Positions 50,815 through 61,370 of a DNA stretch of 64,000 nucleotides are shown here, one piece after another (the first letter of the stretch is position 1; the number at the start of each line of letters is the position of its first letter). The notes under the pieces are model-generated. The model was not told where the DNA came from. It searched no databases and saw only the letters and a list, made by a program, of their open reading frames with translations. The translations under genes and the position numbers were made by a program. Where the stretch lies: assembly GCA_017961515.1 (NCBI GenBank), contig JAGCXC010000094.1, forward strand, positions 9,222 through 73,221, read 5' to 3'. The stretch comes from Clostridiales bacterium (GTDB taxonomy: Bacteria; Bacillota; Clostridia; Acetivibrionales; RGIG10202).

Positions 50815-51042
50815 TTATACAACAAACTTCTTAATTTGTTCTACAAAGTCATCGCACTTGTCTGAGAAAATCTCAACTTTAATAGGTTTTGATAAATCTA
50901 AACTAAATATTCCCATTATAGACTTTGCGTCTACCACATACCTACCTGACGATAAATCAACATCGTATGGGCACTTACTAACAACGTTCACAAAATCCTT
51001 CACATCATCAATTGTCTTTAGTTGTACTTGTAATTCTTTCAT
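50815..51042 (-). CDS. HPr-like domain protein lacking the His-15 phosphorylation site
   Basis: 75 aa. VDAKSIMGIFSLDL matches the HPr Ser-46 region (KSIMG), but the N-terminal region has no HARPA-type His motif. It overlaps the folA stop by 4 nt. Confidence 0.7.
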   Translation of the reverse strand: MKELQVQLKTIDDVKDFVNVVSKCPYDVDLSSGRYVVDAKSIMGIFSLDLSKPIKVEIFSDKCDDFVEQIKKFVV

Positions 51043-51539
51043 TCTAAATTCCTCGCTTTCTTATATACACAAAATTTGAACTTGATACCATTATAACTTT
51101 GTTCCTCACTAGCTTTAACTAAACTCCAATCTCTTATTTCATCTAAGTTGGCAAAAAATTTATCTGCCTTATATTCATTGTATATCTTGGTTACGTAAAC
51201 CTCATCACAATATGGCAAAAACATATTATATATGCTCTCCCCACCTATGATAAAAACATCATCTCTATCATACTTATCTAGTATATGCAATGCTTGGTCT
51301 TTTGTTTTACATAACATAATATCTTTTTCTCGATACATATCTGATCTACTTAAAACTATATTGACCCTATCTTTTAAAGGCTCTTTATTCGGCAAAGACT
51401 CAAACGTAGCTCGACCCATTACAACTACCTTACCTACTGTAGTTTCCTTAAAAAACTTCATGTCAGAAGGTATTCTTTCTAGCAAATTCCCTTTAAATCC
51501 TATTCCCCAATTTTTGTCTACCGCAACTATCGCTTTCAT
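51039..51539 (-). CDS. folA: Dihydrofolate reductase
   Basis: MKAIVAVDKNWGIGFKGNLL, MGRATFESLP and FIIGGESIY motifs. Confidence 0.94.
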   Translation of the reverse strand: MKAIVAVDKNWGIGFKGNLLERIPSDMKFFKETTVGKVVVMGRATFESLPNKEPLKDRVNIVLSRSDMYREKDIMLCKTKDQALHILDKYDRDDVFIIGGESIYNMFLPYCDEVYVTKIYNEYKADKFFANLDEIRDWSLVKASEEQSYNGIKFKFCVYKKARNLE

Positions 51540-54185
51540 CTAGATCCACCTTTTTGAGTTTATCTTTTCTAATCTCTCCAAAACTTTTTTATACATATCC
51601 TGATATTTCTCTTTTTTAGCCTTCTCCTGTAATACAACCTGCTCTGGTGCCTTGCTAATGAAACCTTGATTGCTAAGCTTACCGTTAACCCTCTTTAGCT
51701 CCATCTCTAAATTTTCTTTCTCTTTTTCTAACCTTTCTTGCTCTATTTCCCTATTTACCAAATCATCCATAGGAATATATATAAAAGCCTTTGAATTTAC
51801 AACTGATGCGAAATCATTTAGATTGATTTCTTTTTCGTCCCTAACCTCAATCTCACTAGCATAAGCCAATTTTTCTAAAAATACAACACTATCTTTCAAT
51901 AATTCCCTTACTTCGTCATCTTCTACTACAAACACAAGCTTCGTTTTCTTTGATGGTAATACATTCATTTGCGATCTTAAATTTCTTATTCCCTTTATAC
52001 ATTCCTTCAAAAACTCAACTTGCTCCTCTTCCTTACGATATTCACAATCTTTAGAAATTTCTGGCCATTTAGAAATCATTATACTCTCATCATCATGTTT
52101 TAAGTTCATAAATATCTCTTCTGTTATAAATGGCATGTATGGGTGCAACAATTTTAGCGCCTTTATTAATATATCATTTAATACAAAACAAGCTTCATTC
52201 CTTGTATCACAATCTTCGTTGTATAGTCTTGGCTTCACCATTTCAATATACCAATCACAAAATTCTTCCCAAATAAAATCATACACCTTCTGCAAAGCTA
52301 TACCTAATTCAAACCTCTCAAGATTATCTGTTACCTCTCCTATCAGATTATTCATCTTGGATATAATCCATTTATCCTCTTTGGTAAATTTGTTCTTATC
52401 TACTTTAGCAAAATCTACATCGTCCTTAAAATTCATTATAACAAATCTTGATGCATTCCAAACTTTATTTGCAAAGTTTCTGCTAGATTCAACTTTCTCA
52501 GGTATATATCTAATATCACTTCCAGTTGAGTTCCCTATCATTAAAGAACACCTTAGTGCATCCGCTCCGTACTCATCTATTACTTCTAAAGGATCAACAC
52601 CATTTCCTAAAGATTTACTCATTTTACGGCCCTCTTGGTCCCTAACTATACCATGTATTAATACGTGCGAAAATGGAGTCTTTCCTGTATGCTCTATCGC
52701 AGAAAAAATCATACGTGCTACCCAAAAGAATATAATATCATACCCTGTAACTAACACACTGGTAGGATAAAAGTATTTGTAGTCCTCAGTCTTTTCTGGC
52801 CAGCCTAATGTTGAAAAAGGCCAAAGCGCTGAACTAAACCACGTATCTAGCGTATCCTCTTCTTGTCTTATAGCTTTACTTCCACACTTAGTACATACTT
52901 TAGGAGCTTCTTTTGATACCATCATTTCTTCGCAATCACAGCAATAATATGCAGGTATTCTATGCCCCCACCATAGTTGTCTTGATATACACCAATCCTT
53001 TACATTATCCATCCAACTAAAATAATTCTTTGAAAATCTATCTGGTACAAACCTAACTTTTCCTTCCCTAACTGAAGCGTTCGCAGGCCCAGCCAAAGGC
53101 TCCATCTTAACAAACCACTGTTTTGATATCACAGGCTCTATTACTGTATTGCATCTATAGCAAACACCTACATTATGTTTGTGATCCTCTATTTTTTCTA
53201 ATAATCCCAATTTATTTAGATCATCTATAATCTTCTTCCTTGCAGCATATCGGTCCAGTCCTTTATACTCCAATGCATTTTCATTCATCCGCGCATTATC
53301 GTCCATAACCTTTATTATAGGTAGATTATGTCTCTTACCCACTTCAAAATCATTAGGGTCATGTGCAGGCGTTATCTTTACTACTCCTGTTCCAAAATCT
53401 TTTTCTACGTAACTATCCGCTATAACAGGAATTTCTCTATTACACAATGGCAATATAACACTCCTACCCACTAAATTAGAATATCTATCATCATCGGGTG
53501 CTACTGCAATTGCTGTATCTCCCAGCATTGTCTCAGGCCTAGTTGTAGCTATAATAACATACTCGCTACTATCCTTTATTGGATACCTTATATGCCAAAA
53601 GTGTCCATCCTTTTCATCGTAGTTTACTTCCGCATCTGATATCGATGTGTTACAAGAAGGACACCAATTTATTATTCTCTCTCCCTTGTATATGTACCCC
53701 TTTTTATATAACTTCACAAAAACTTCTGCCACCGCATTAGACAATCCTTCGTCCATAGTAAATCTCTCTCTAGACCAATCACACGAACTTCCCAATTTCT
53801 TTAATTGCTCCACTATTCTACTTCCGTAATGTTCCTTCCAATCCCATGCTCTCTTCAAAAAACCATCTCTACCTACTTGTTCTTTTGATAAGCCTTCTTT
53901 TTTCATCGCTTCTACCACTTTTACCTCAGTTGCAATACTCGCATGATCTGTCCCAGGTACCCATAATGTACTATAACCCTGCATTCTTCTCCATCTAATC
54001 AATATATCTTGATATGTCTCATCCATGGCATGACCCATATGCAACTGCCCTGTTATATTAGGTGGTGGGATAACAATTGTATAAGGTTTTTTGTTTTTAT
54101 CAACATGCGCTTTAAAATACCCTCTCTCCAGCCATCTTGCATACAACTTGTCCTCTATATCCTTTGGTTTATACTTCTTTTCCAT
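51540..54185 (-). CDS. valS: Valine--tRNA ligase
   Basis: Class I HIGH (PPPNITGQLHMGHA) and KMSKS motifs, an editing domain and a C-terminal coiled coil. The ATG at 54185 is 6 nt after GGGAGAG. Confidence 0.97.
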   Translation of the reverse strand: MEKKYKPKDIEDKLYARWLERGYFKAHVDKNKKPYTIVIPPPNITGQLHMGHAMDETYQDILIRWRRMQGYSTLWVPGTDHASIATEVKVVEAMKKEGLSKEQVGRDGFLKRAWDWKEHYGSRIVEQLKKLGSSCDWSRERFTMDEGLSNAVAEVFVKLYKKGYIYKGERIINWCPSCNTSISDAEVNYDEKDGHFWHIRYPIKDSSEYVIIATTRPETMLGDTAIAVAPDDDRYSNLVGRSVILPLCNREIPVIADSYVEKDFGTGVVKITPAHDPNDFEVGKRHNLPIIKVMDDNARMNENALEYKGLDRYAARKKIIDDLNKLGLLEKIEDHKHNVGVCYRCNTVIEPVISKQWFVKMEPLAGPANASVREGKVRFVPDRFSKNYFSWMDNVKDWCISRQLWWGHRIPAYYCCDCEEMMVSKEAPKVCTKCGSKAIRQEEDTLDTWFSSALWPFSTLGWPEKTEDYKYFYPTSVLVTGYDIIFFWVARMIFSAIEHTGKTPFSHVLIHGIVRDQEGRKMSKSLGNGVDPLEVIDEYGADALRCSLMIGNSTGSDIRYIPEKVESSRNFANKVWNASRFVIMNFKDDVDFAKVDKNKFTKEDKWIISKMNNLIGEVTDNLERFELGIALQKVYDFIWEEFCDWYIEMVKPRLYNEDCDTRNEACFVLNDILIKALKLLHPYMPFITEEIFMNLKHDDESIMISKWPEISKDCEYRKEEEQVEFLKECIKGIRNLRSQMNVLPSKKTKLVFVVEDDEVRELLKDSVVFLEKLAYASEIEVRDEKEINLNDFASVVNSKAFIYIPMDDLVNREIEQERLEKEKENLEMELKRVNGKLSNQGFISKAPEQVVLQEKAKKEKYQDMYKKVLERLEKINSKRWI

Positions 54186-54867
54186 CACTTACTCTCCCTT
54201 GCCTATTAAGATTTTGCCACCAATCTTGATGCACAATAGTTCTAAGATTAAATGGCAAATGCGATACATCTCCATCTATCTTTAAATCAAACTTACCTGT
54301 ATCTGATTCATAATCAACTACAGTAACTGCTGTATTATCACACCAAGATACAGCCATCATATCCTTTAACTTAACCCCTGTAAATTTGCACTTTAACGCT
54401 TTTATAGCCGTACCATGCGTAACAATTAAAATTGTCTTTCCCTCATTTTCATGTATTATTCTATAAACTTCCCTTAGCAATCTTTCCTGGAAACCAACCA
54501 TACTCTCCCCATTTGGCAACTCCACCAAATGCGGATTTTTCTCCCAATTATTATGCTCTAAAGGCCACATCTTGGGTATATCAGCCCAAGACACATCCTC
54601 CCAATCGCCACCATTTATCTCTTTTAATTGTTCAGATGTTTTTATTGGCAATCCTAGCTCTTTAGATATATAAGTCGCAGTCTTATATGTCCTGTTCAAT
54701 ACACTAGAATATAATACGTCTACTTTTAATTTTTTTAACCTACCTGCAACTAACTTTGCTTGTTCCTCACCCTTTTCGGTCAAATCTGAATTGTACCATC
54801 CATGGAAAAGTCTTTTTACATTTCCCTCTGCTTCTGCATGTCTTACAAATATCAATCTAGTTCTCAT
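54169..54867 (-). CDS. Histidine phosphatase family protein (GpmB/CobC-like)
   Basis: Catalytic RHAEAEGN N-terminus and HGTAIK. The 3' end overlaps the valS start by 17 nt. Confidence 0.85.
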   Translation of the reverse strand: MRTRLIFVRHAEAEGNVKRLFHGWYNSDLTEKGEEQAKLVAGRLKKLKVDVLYSSVLNRTYKTATYISKELGLPIKTSEQLKEINGGDWEDVSWADIPKMWPLEHNNWEKNPHLVELPNGESMVGFQERLLREVYRIIHENEGKTILIVTHGTAIKALKCKFTGVKLKDMMAVSWCDNTAVTVVDYESDTGKFDLKIDGDVSHLPFNLRTIVHQDWWQNLNRQGRVSDGKEV

Positions 54868-54888
54868 ATAGCCTACTCCTTTTAAAAT

Positions 54889-55296
54889 CTACTTCTTCCT
54901 TTTTCTTTTATCATAGACAGCTAAAATATCTCCTCCGTCTGATCTACCTATACTAACCTTAGGCTCACCCGTGTACTCATACTCTATTTCTTCTTCTTCT
55001 TCTTCTTCAATATCTTCATCCTCTTCTACATCATCGCCCTCTTCATCATCACTTCCTTCGCTGTCCTCGTCATCTTCCTCTTCATCATCTGACTGGGCAA
55101 AAGATATTTTTTCATCTATTTCCCTTATATTATCTTTTAACTTCCTCACAAGCTCACTTGTGGTATCTCTTACTTCATCATCTTTTTCATCTAAAAGGCC
55201 CTCTAATAGATCATTAACTTTGGATAAGAGCCTAATCTTTTCTTTTTCTAATAAATCTATGTCCTCTCTATTCAAAAAAACACCCCCTAGAATCAT
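54889..55296 (-). CDS. Highly acidic hypothetical protein (start uncertain; TTG at 55275 has the better RBS)
   Basis: N-terminal helical region followed by a 50-residue Asp/Glu tract (DDEEEDDEDSEGSDDEEGDDVEEDEDIEEEEEEEIEYE) and a basic tail KRKRKK. AGGGGGTG precedes the TTG at 55275. Confidence 0.6.
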   Translation of the reverse strand: MILGGVFLNREDIDLLEKEKIRLLSKVNDLLEGLLDEKDDEVRDTTSELVRKLKDNIREIDEKISFAQSDDEEEDDEDSEGSDDEEGDDVEEDEDIEEEEEEEIEYEYTGEPKVSIGRSDGGDILAVYDKRKRKK

Positions 55297-55324
55297 TATA
55301 TTAATGCTCTTAAAATACCAAAAT

Positions 55325-56620
55325 CTATACTATCAATTTTTTTCTTAGCTGACTCACTTTATATTTTACCATTTCCTCATCTATTGTCAACAACTGTTTG
55401 TTCTCCATTAATATTTTTCCATTAACTATTACAGTATCAACATCTTGTGCTTGCATCGAGTACACAATACCTAAAATATAATTCCCCTTTGGCGTATTAT
55501 GAATTTTATCTACATCAACTATAACTAAATCTGCAACATTCCCCTCTTTTATAATACCTACATTTTTAAAACCTAGAGCTTTTGCCCCATTGACCGTAGC
55601 CATCTTTACAACATCTCTTGCCTTTAACACTGTAGGATCATTCATAATACCTTTATGCACCAATGACGTCAAATGCATTTCCTCAAACATATTAAGATTA
55701 TCATTGCTCGCACATCCATCTGTACCTAAGGTAATATTTATTCCTTGATCATTCATATAAGGAATCCTAGCTATACCGCTTCCAAGCTTTAAATTGCTCG
55801 TAATATTGTGTGACACATTTACATCCTTCTTTTTAAGTAACCTTATATTATCATCATCTAAGTGAATACAATGTGCTGCAATAACTGGCACTTCAAAAAC
55901 TCCGCATTCGTCCAAAATATTTACTGCATCCATACCATATTTTTCTTTGCATATACGCTGCTCTTCCTTTGTCTCAGCAATATGTATATGTATCCCTGTA
56001 TTTAGGTCAGATGCTAGTTTTGCCGCCTCTTTTAATGAATTTCTATCATAAATATACGCTGAATGAATTTCTATATAAACTTTTATCCTTTTATCACACT
56101 TTCCATTCCATTCACTAAAATATCTATATGCACCGTCTAAATCTCTCGATACAGAGCCTACTCCATCTTTATTTAGTGACAATACACTCTTAGACAAATT
56201 CGCTCTAATCCCTGTACTATCCACAACTTTTGCAACTTCATCCATATAATAGTACATGTCAGCGAAAGTAGTTGTTCCACTCTTTATCATCTCCGCTACA
56301 CCTAACATGGTCCCCCAATAAATAGCCTCATTAGTTAGCTTAGCCTCCACTGGAAATATCTTACTAAACAACCACTCTTCTAAGGGAATATCTGCTGCAA
56401 AATTTCTAAAAAGTGTCATGCCCGCATGCGTGTGTGAGTTGACAAGACCTGGCATAACAATTTTGTTTTTACCGTCTATAACTTTATCATATTTTCTCTC
56501 ATCAACATGCTCATTATCTTTTGCTATACGCTCAATTATCCCATCTTTTATTGCTATACTTACATTCTCTACTGTTTTATTCCAATTAACTATACTTGTG
56601 TTCTTTATGAATATATTCAA
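55325..56620 (-). CDS. mtaD: 5-methylthioadenosine/S-adenosylhomocysteine deaminase (amidohydrolase)
   Basis: Amidohydrolase metal motif PGLVNSHTHAGMT, later HIHIAET, and TDGCASNDNL. Confidence 0.85.
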   Translation of the reverse strand: MNIFIKNTSIVNWNKTVENVSIAIKDGIIERIAKDNEHVDERKYDKVIDGKNKIVMPGLVNSHTHAGMTLFRNFAADIPLEEWLFSKIFPVEAKLTNEAIYWGTMLGVAEMIKSGTTTFADMYYYMDEVAKVVDSTGIRANLSKSVLSLNKDGVGSVSRDLDGAYRYFSEWNGKCDKRIKVYIEIHSAYIYDRNSLKEAAKLASDLNTGIHIHIAETKEEQRICKEKYGMDAVNILDECGVFEVPVIAAHCIHLDDDNIRLLKKKDVNVSHNITSNLKLGSGIARIPYMNDQGINITLGTDGCASNDNLNMFEEMHLTSLVHKGIMNDPTVLKARDVVKMATVNGAKALGFKNVGIIKEGNVADLVIVDVDKIHNTPKGNYILGIVYSMQAQDVDTVIVNGKILMENKQLLTIDEEMVKYKVSQLRKKLIV

Positions 56621-56644
56621 TAAACTTGCTCCTTATCCTATTTT

Positions 56645-58312
56645 TTACACTTCCATTATTATAGGCAATATCATCGGTCTTCTTTTGGTTTTCTCATACA
56701 AATACTCTTTTAAATCCTCTTTTATTAACCCTTTTTTAGTAGCCCAATCACTCTTCTTCTTGCCTTGAGTTTTATTTAATGCTTTTTTAGCAACATTCTT
56801 TATATCGTCCATTAACTTTTCTGACTCTCTTACATAAACAAATCCACGAGATATAATATCTGGGCCTGCAATTACAGATCCACTAGCCCCATCTATTGTT
56901 ATAACAATAACAATCAATCCATCTTGCGATAAATGTTTTCTATCCCTTAGTACTATATTACCTACATCTCCAACTCCTAGTCCATCAACCAAAACTCTTC
57001 CCGCTTGCACAAAACCAGTTATTTGTGCCCTATCCTTTGTTAACTCCAAGGTTCTTCCTATTTCCATCAAAAATATATCCTTACTTGGCATACCCAAAGA
57101 GCTAACAAGCTCAGCATGTTTTCTCAAGTGCTTATACTCTCCATGCACCGGCATAAAAAACTTCGGCTTTACTAGTCTATGTATTATTTTAAGTTCCTCT
57201 TGGCAAGCATGACCAGAAACATGGATCTCTGCCAAATCTTCATATATAACATCTGCACCCTTCTTTAAAAGTTCATTTATAACTCTCGATATTAACTTTT
57301 CATTACCTGGTATTGGGGATGCTGATATAACTACCAAATCTCCAGGCACAATATCAACCTTTTTGTGTTCTGACACTGCCATCCTCGTTAACGCCGACAT
57401 TGGCTCCCCCTGGCTTCCAGTAGTTATAATAACTGTTTTTTCTTGTGGATACTTCTTTATTGAATCTATTTCAACCAAAACACCTTCAGGCACACTCATA
57501 TACCCCAGTTCTATCGCTACTTTTGCCATATTTAGCATACTTCGACCACATATAGCAACCTTTCGTCCATACTTTACTGCAGAATTTATCACCTGCTGCA
57601 CCCTATGCACGTTAGATGCAAATGTAGCTACTATTATCCTATTCTTTGCCTCAGAAAATATCCTATCAAACGTTGCACCAACTGTCTTCTCAGACATCGT
57701 GTATCCTTTTCTCTCTGCATTGGTGCTATCTGCCATAAGAAGTAATACTCCTTTTCTTCCAAGCTCTGCAAACCTTATTAAATCTATAGGTTCTCCTTCT
57801 ATTGGTGTATGATCTATTTTAAAATCGCCTGTGTGTACTACTATCCCCTCTGGCGTATATATAGCAAGTGCAACTGAATCTGCTATACTATGAGTCGTCC
57901 TTATAAATTCCACTTTAAAGCATCCCAATTTGATTGTATCGCCCTGATTTACTACTTTTGTCTTTACAACATCTTTTATTCTATGTTCCTCTAGCTTCTG
58001 TTCAACCAATCCTAAAGTAAGTCTTGTTCCGTACACCGGTACATTAATTTTTTTTAGAACATACGGCAATGCGCCTATGTGATCCTCATGTCCATGTGTT
58101 AATACAATACCCTTTATTTTCTCCACGTTTTTCTCTAGATACGTAACGTCAGGAATAACCAAATCTATTCCCAACAACTCATCTTCTGGAAAACCCATTC
58201 CACAATCAACAACAATTATGTTATCTTCGTACTCAATAACCGTAATGTTCTTTCCTATTTCACCTAGCCCTCCTAGTGGTATCACTTTTAATTTTTTTGT
58301 CATTTTTATCAC
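56645..58312 (-). CDS. rnj: Ribonuclease J
   Basis: Beta-lactamase / beta-CASP fold: IPLGGLGEIGKN, THGHEDHIGALPY, and a C-terminal domain; 555 aa. The start may be the ATG at 58303. Confidence 0.94.
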   Translation of the reverse strand: MIKMTKKLKVIPLGGLGEIGKNITVIEYEDNIIVVDCGMGFPEDELLGIDLVIPDVTYLEKNVEKIKGIVLTHGHEDHIGALPYVLKKINVPVYGTRLTLGLVEQKLEEHRIKDVVKTKVVNQGDTIKLGCFKVEFIRTTHSIADSVALAIYTPEGIVVHTGDFKIDHTPIEGEPIDLIRFAELGRKGVLLLMADSTNAERKGYTMSEKTVGATFDRIFSEAKNRIIVATFASNVHRVQQVINSAVKYGRKVAICGRSMLNMAKVAIELGYMSVPEGVLVEIDSIKKYPQEKTVIITTGSQGEPMSALTRMAVSEHKKVDIVPGDLVVISASPIPGNEKLISRVINELLKKGADVIYEDLAEIHVSGHACQEELKIIHRLVKPKFFMPVHGEYKHLRKHAELVSSLGMPSKDIFLMEIGRTLELTKDRAQITGFVQAGRVLVDGLGVGDVGNIVLRDRKHLSQDGLIVIVITIDGASGSVIAGPDIISRGFVYVRESEKLMDDIKNVAKKALNKTQGKKKSDWATKKGLIKEDLKEYLYEKTKRRPMILPIIMEV

Positions 58313-58354
58313 AAATCCAACCGTTAAGGAATTTTATATTACTCGTATAAATTC

Positions 58355-59593
58355 CTAACGGAATTCACCTCCTTTTTGTATATTTATATCTTCAATAATG
58401 TATTGTTTCCATTCTACCTTTTTTGTATCTTCTACAACATTTGTATAAACCCGTCTATATTCTTTTTCTAACTTATTCCAATCAAATTTTTCTAAAACTT
58501 TTTGCAATGCCTTATCCACCATTTTCTTTGATTTATTGGGATCCTTTAATATATCTAATACACAATCAGCCAAAGAATTACTATTCCCAACTATAAATTT
58601 CTTCCCATCAACATTATGTTGAACAATTTCTCCCAAACCACCTACATCTGAAACAACTATAGAAACTCCCGCCAACATTGCTTCTAGTGCGACTATACCA
58701 AATGGTTCATATAAACTTGGATATACTGCCACATCTACACATCTATAGAGTAATCTTAAGTCATCATCTCCTAAGTATCCCGTAAAATACACCTTGTTCC
58801 ATATCCCCATCGAATTTACTCTATCTTTCAAATAACTATCCTGATCTCCTTTTCCCACTATAACAAATTTCACATCATTATACTCTCTTATTATTTTCGG
58901 CATAGCTTCAACTAAAATAGATACCCCTTTTTCTTGTACTAATCTTCCAACAAAAAAAATTATCTTTTCATCATCTCTGGCATATCTCCTTCTAATATTT
59001 ATGTCATACGCATACTTTTTAAATTTTTTTATATCAATACCATTATTTATAATCTCGACCTTATCCTCTGGTAAGTTAAAGATTTTTATAATTTCTTTTT
59101 TCATATACAAACTATTGACAATAACCTTACTTGACTGGTAAGTAAGCCACCACTCCACACTATTTATATACTTTTGCAAGCATGTGTATATACCATTGTT
59201 ACGCCCATTCTCCGTAGCATGTATTGTAGAAATCATTGGTATACAATAAGAATTTTTTATAGTTACTGCACTAAATGCCACCAACCAATCATGTGCATGT
59301 ATTAAGTCTAACTTGCCTATTTTATTTATCAGGCCAACCAAATACTCTATCATGGCTATATTGAAATGGTACACCCACTGTACAAAATCAAATATTTCTA
59401 TACTTGGCAAACGCACTCTATGCACGTACACATAATCATCTTTTTCAAATTCTTCAGCGCAAGCCTCACAACACGTCACCACATGGACCTCATTACCTAA
59501 CTTACCTAACTTCTGGGATAACTCATAAACCACCCTGGATATGCCTCCCACAATTCTAGGAGGATATTCCCACGTAAGCATAGCTATCTTCAT
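58355..59593 (-). CDS. Glycosyltransferase family 4
   Basis: MKIAMLTWEYPPRIVGGISRVV N-terminus and the GT4 C-terminal E-x7-E region (PSLYEPFGIVALEAM). The ATG at 59593 is 7 nt after GGAGG. Confidence 0.85.
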   Translation of the reverse strand: MKIAMLTWEYPPRIVGGISRVVYELSQKLGKLGNEVHVVTCCEACAEEFEKDDYVYVHRVRLPSIEIFDFVQWVYHFNIAMIEYLVGLINKIGKLDLIHAHDWLVAFSAVTIKNSYCIPMISTIHATENGRNNGIYTCLQKYINSVEWWLTYQSSKVIVNSLYMKKEIIKIFNLPEDKVEIINNGIDIKKFKKYAYDINIRRRYARDDEKIIFFVGRLVQEKGVSILVEAMPKIIREYNDVKFVIVGKGDQDSYLKDRVNSMGIWNKVYFTGYLGDDDLRLLYRCVDVAVYPSLYEPFGIVALEAMLAGVSIVVSDVGGLGEIVQHNVDGKKFIVGNSNSLADCVLDILKDPNKSKKMVDKALQKVLEKFDWNKLEKEYRRVYTNVVEDTKKVEWKQYIIEDINIQKGGEFR

Positions 59594-59697
59594 ACTAGTA
59601 CCTCCGACCAATTGTTATTTTTAATATCAACTCATATATCATTATTAACTAATTGGCCTTTTTTTATTAATCTAAATCAAGCTACACCCCGCAAATA

Positions 59698-61086
59698 TTA
59701 CATTCTTGTAGAACCTTCATGCGCCAGTAAAGATCTCTCACACTCTAAATCCGTCAAAGTCACCTGATAACAAAGCTTACTTCCTCTCATCCTTTCGGAT
59801 GCATAACAAAGTCCGTTTGTTCTCCTATCCAAGAACACCTGATCTATTTGCTCTGGATCACCAAGCAGCACTATCTTCGTATCTTTTCCTGCTCGAGTTA
59901 TAATTCCCTTAACCTGCTTTGGAGTCAAATTTTGTGCCTCATCAATAATAACCCAATGTTTGGCAATGGATCGTCCTCTTATAAACGCAATAGCTTCCGC
60001 CGTTATTATCTTTCTGTCAAACAATTCATCTACTTTATCTTTAAGCTGAACTTCACTTTTGTATCTTTCATCCTCATTATTATCAACCAATATCTCTAAA
60101 TTATCAACAACCGGCCTTAAAAACGGTGCTATCTTTTGTGTCTCACTACCAGGTAAAAATCCTATATCTTCGTCCATCTTTACAGTAGGCCTACAAACTA
60201 ATATCTTCCTGTACATATTGTTTCTATCAACCAAAACTTTCTGCAACCCAACAGCCAACGAATAAAAAGTCTTAGCTGTACCTGCTGGTCCTTTTATTAT
60301 TGTAAGAGGTGCTCTATCCGCATCTATCATAAGTGCCTCTTGCATAAATACCTGTCCCCAATTCCTAGGCTTTACCCCAAAAGGACTAGCATTCTTATAC
60401 TCTAACTTTACTATGTACTCTCCATCAAATTTAGCCAACGCGACTTGATTACTATTATCTACACAATGTATAACCAAAAACTCATTAATGGTAAGCTCTG
60501 GTTGTATTTTTTTTGTATAACTATCCCCTTCAAATTCAAAAATATCTTCAACCTTTAATTTACCATTCTTGAAGAACACGTCCAAATTATCTTTACTGGA
60601 ATAAACATCTCTTCTTCCTTTATACTGTTTATCCACCTCTGGAGATTGTTCTGCAAAAAAATCCTGCGCCTCAACACCTATAATCTCTGCCTTTATCCTA
60701 AGAAATATATCCTTTGTGACAAGATATACAGCACCACCAATATTTTTTAAGTATAAACATGTTTTTAATATCCTATTGTCTTTTTTTCCATCTGACCAAC
60801 TAGACGGGAGCTCTACCTCGCTATGCCCTGTCTCTACTCGTATCAATCCCCCATTTTCTAATCTCAAACCACTGAGCAAATTTTCTCCACTCTGTGCCTG
60901 TCTTAACCTTTCTATAATTCTGGCTGTCTCCCTAGCATTGGCACCTAATTCACCTTTCTCTTTTTTGAATTTATCCAACTCTTCCAGAACAACATCAGAA
61001 ATCACAACTTCATTATCTCCAAACGAATATATCGCCCCTGGAGATTGCAACAATATGTTAGTGTCAATGACAAAGGTTTTCTTCAT
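59698..61086 (-). CDS. PIN domain + PhoH-like ATPase (YlaK family)
   Basis: N-terminal PIN (FVIDTNILL) and PhoH P-loop GPAGTAKT with Walker B VIIDEAQN. Confidence 0.9.
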   Translation of the reverse strand: MKKTFVIDTNILLQSPGAIYSFGDNEVVISDVVLEELDKFKKEKGELGANARETARIIERLRQAQSGENLLSGLRLENGGLIRVETGHSEVELPSSWSDGKKDNRILKTCLYLKNIGGAVYLVTKDIFLRIKAEIIGVEAQDFFAEQSPEVDKQYKGRRDVYSSKDNLDVFFKNGKLKVEDIFEFEGDSYTKKIQPELTINEFLVIHCVDNSNQVALAKFDGEYIVKLEYKNASPFGVKPRNWGQVFMQEALMIDADRAPLTIIKGPAGTAKTFYSLAVGLQKVLVDRNNMYRKILVCRPTVKMDEDIGFLPGSETQKIAPFLRPVVDNLEILVDNNEDERYKSEVQLKDKVDELFDRKIITAEAIAFIRGRSIAKHWVIIDEAQNLTPKQVKGIITRAGKDTKIVLLGDPEQIDQVFLDRRTNGLCYASERMRGSKLCYQVTLTDLECERSLLAHEGSTRM

Positions 61087-61136
61087 AGTAAGACTTCCTC
61101 CTTATGAAAACTTTATACCTTACTGTGAATCTACTT

Positions 61137-61210
61137 TGGCTACGGTACTAGGATTCGAACCCAGACCAAATGAACCAGAATCATTTGTGCTACCCTTACA
61201 CCATACCGCA
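61137..61210 (-). tRNA. tRNA-Gln (anticodon CUG), 74 nt with encoded CCA
   Basis: Hand-folded. The acceptor stem TGCGGTA/TACCGTA (one G-U pair, U1-A72) is typical of bacterial tRNA-Gln. D stem GTGT/GCAC, anticodon stem AATGA/TCATT with loop TTCTGGT, and T arm CTGGG-TTCGAAT-CCTAG. Confidence 0.88.
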
Positions 61211-61370
61211 TTATTATAAACGCAAGATTAATTCTAACATATACCCGAAACTAACACAAGCACTTTCTTTTCAAAAACTCTAAAACTCACAACAAAGATA
61301 TTATCATAAAAATCTTCCATTGTAAATAGCCTAAATTAAATTTTTTATAATTCCCATTAACCGTACACAT

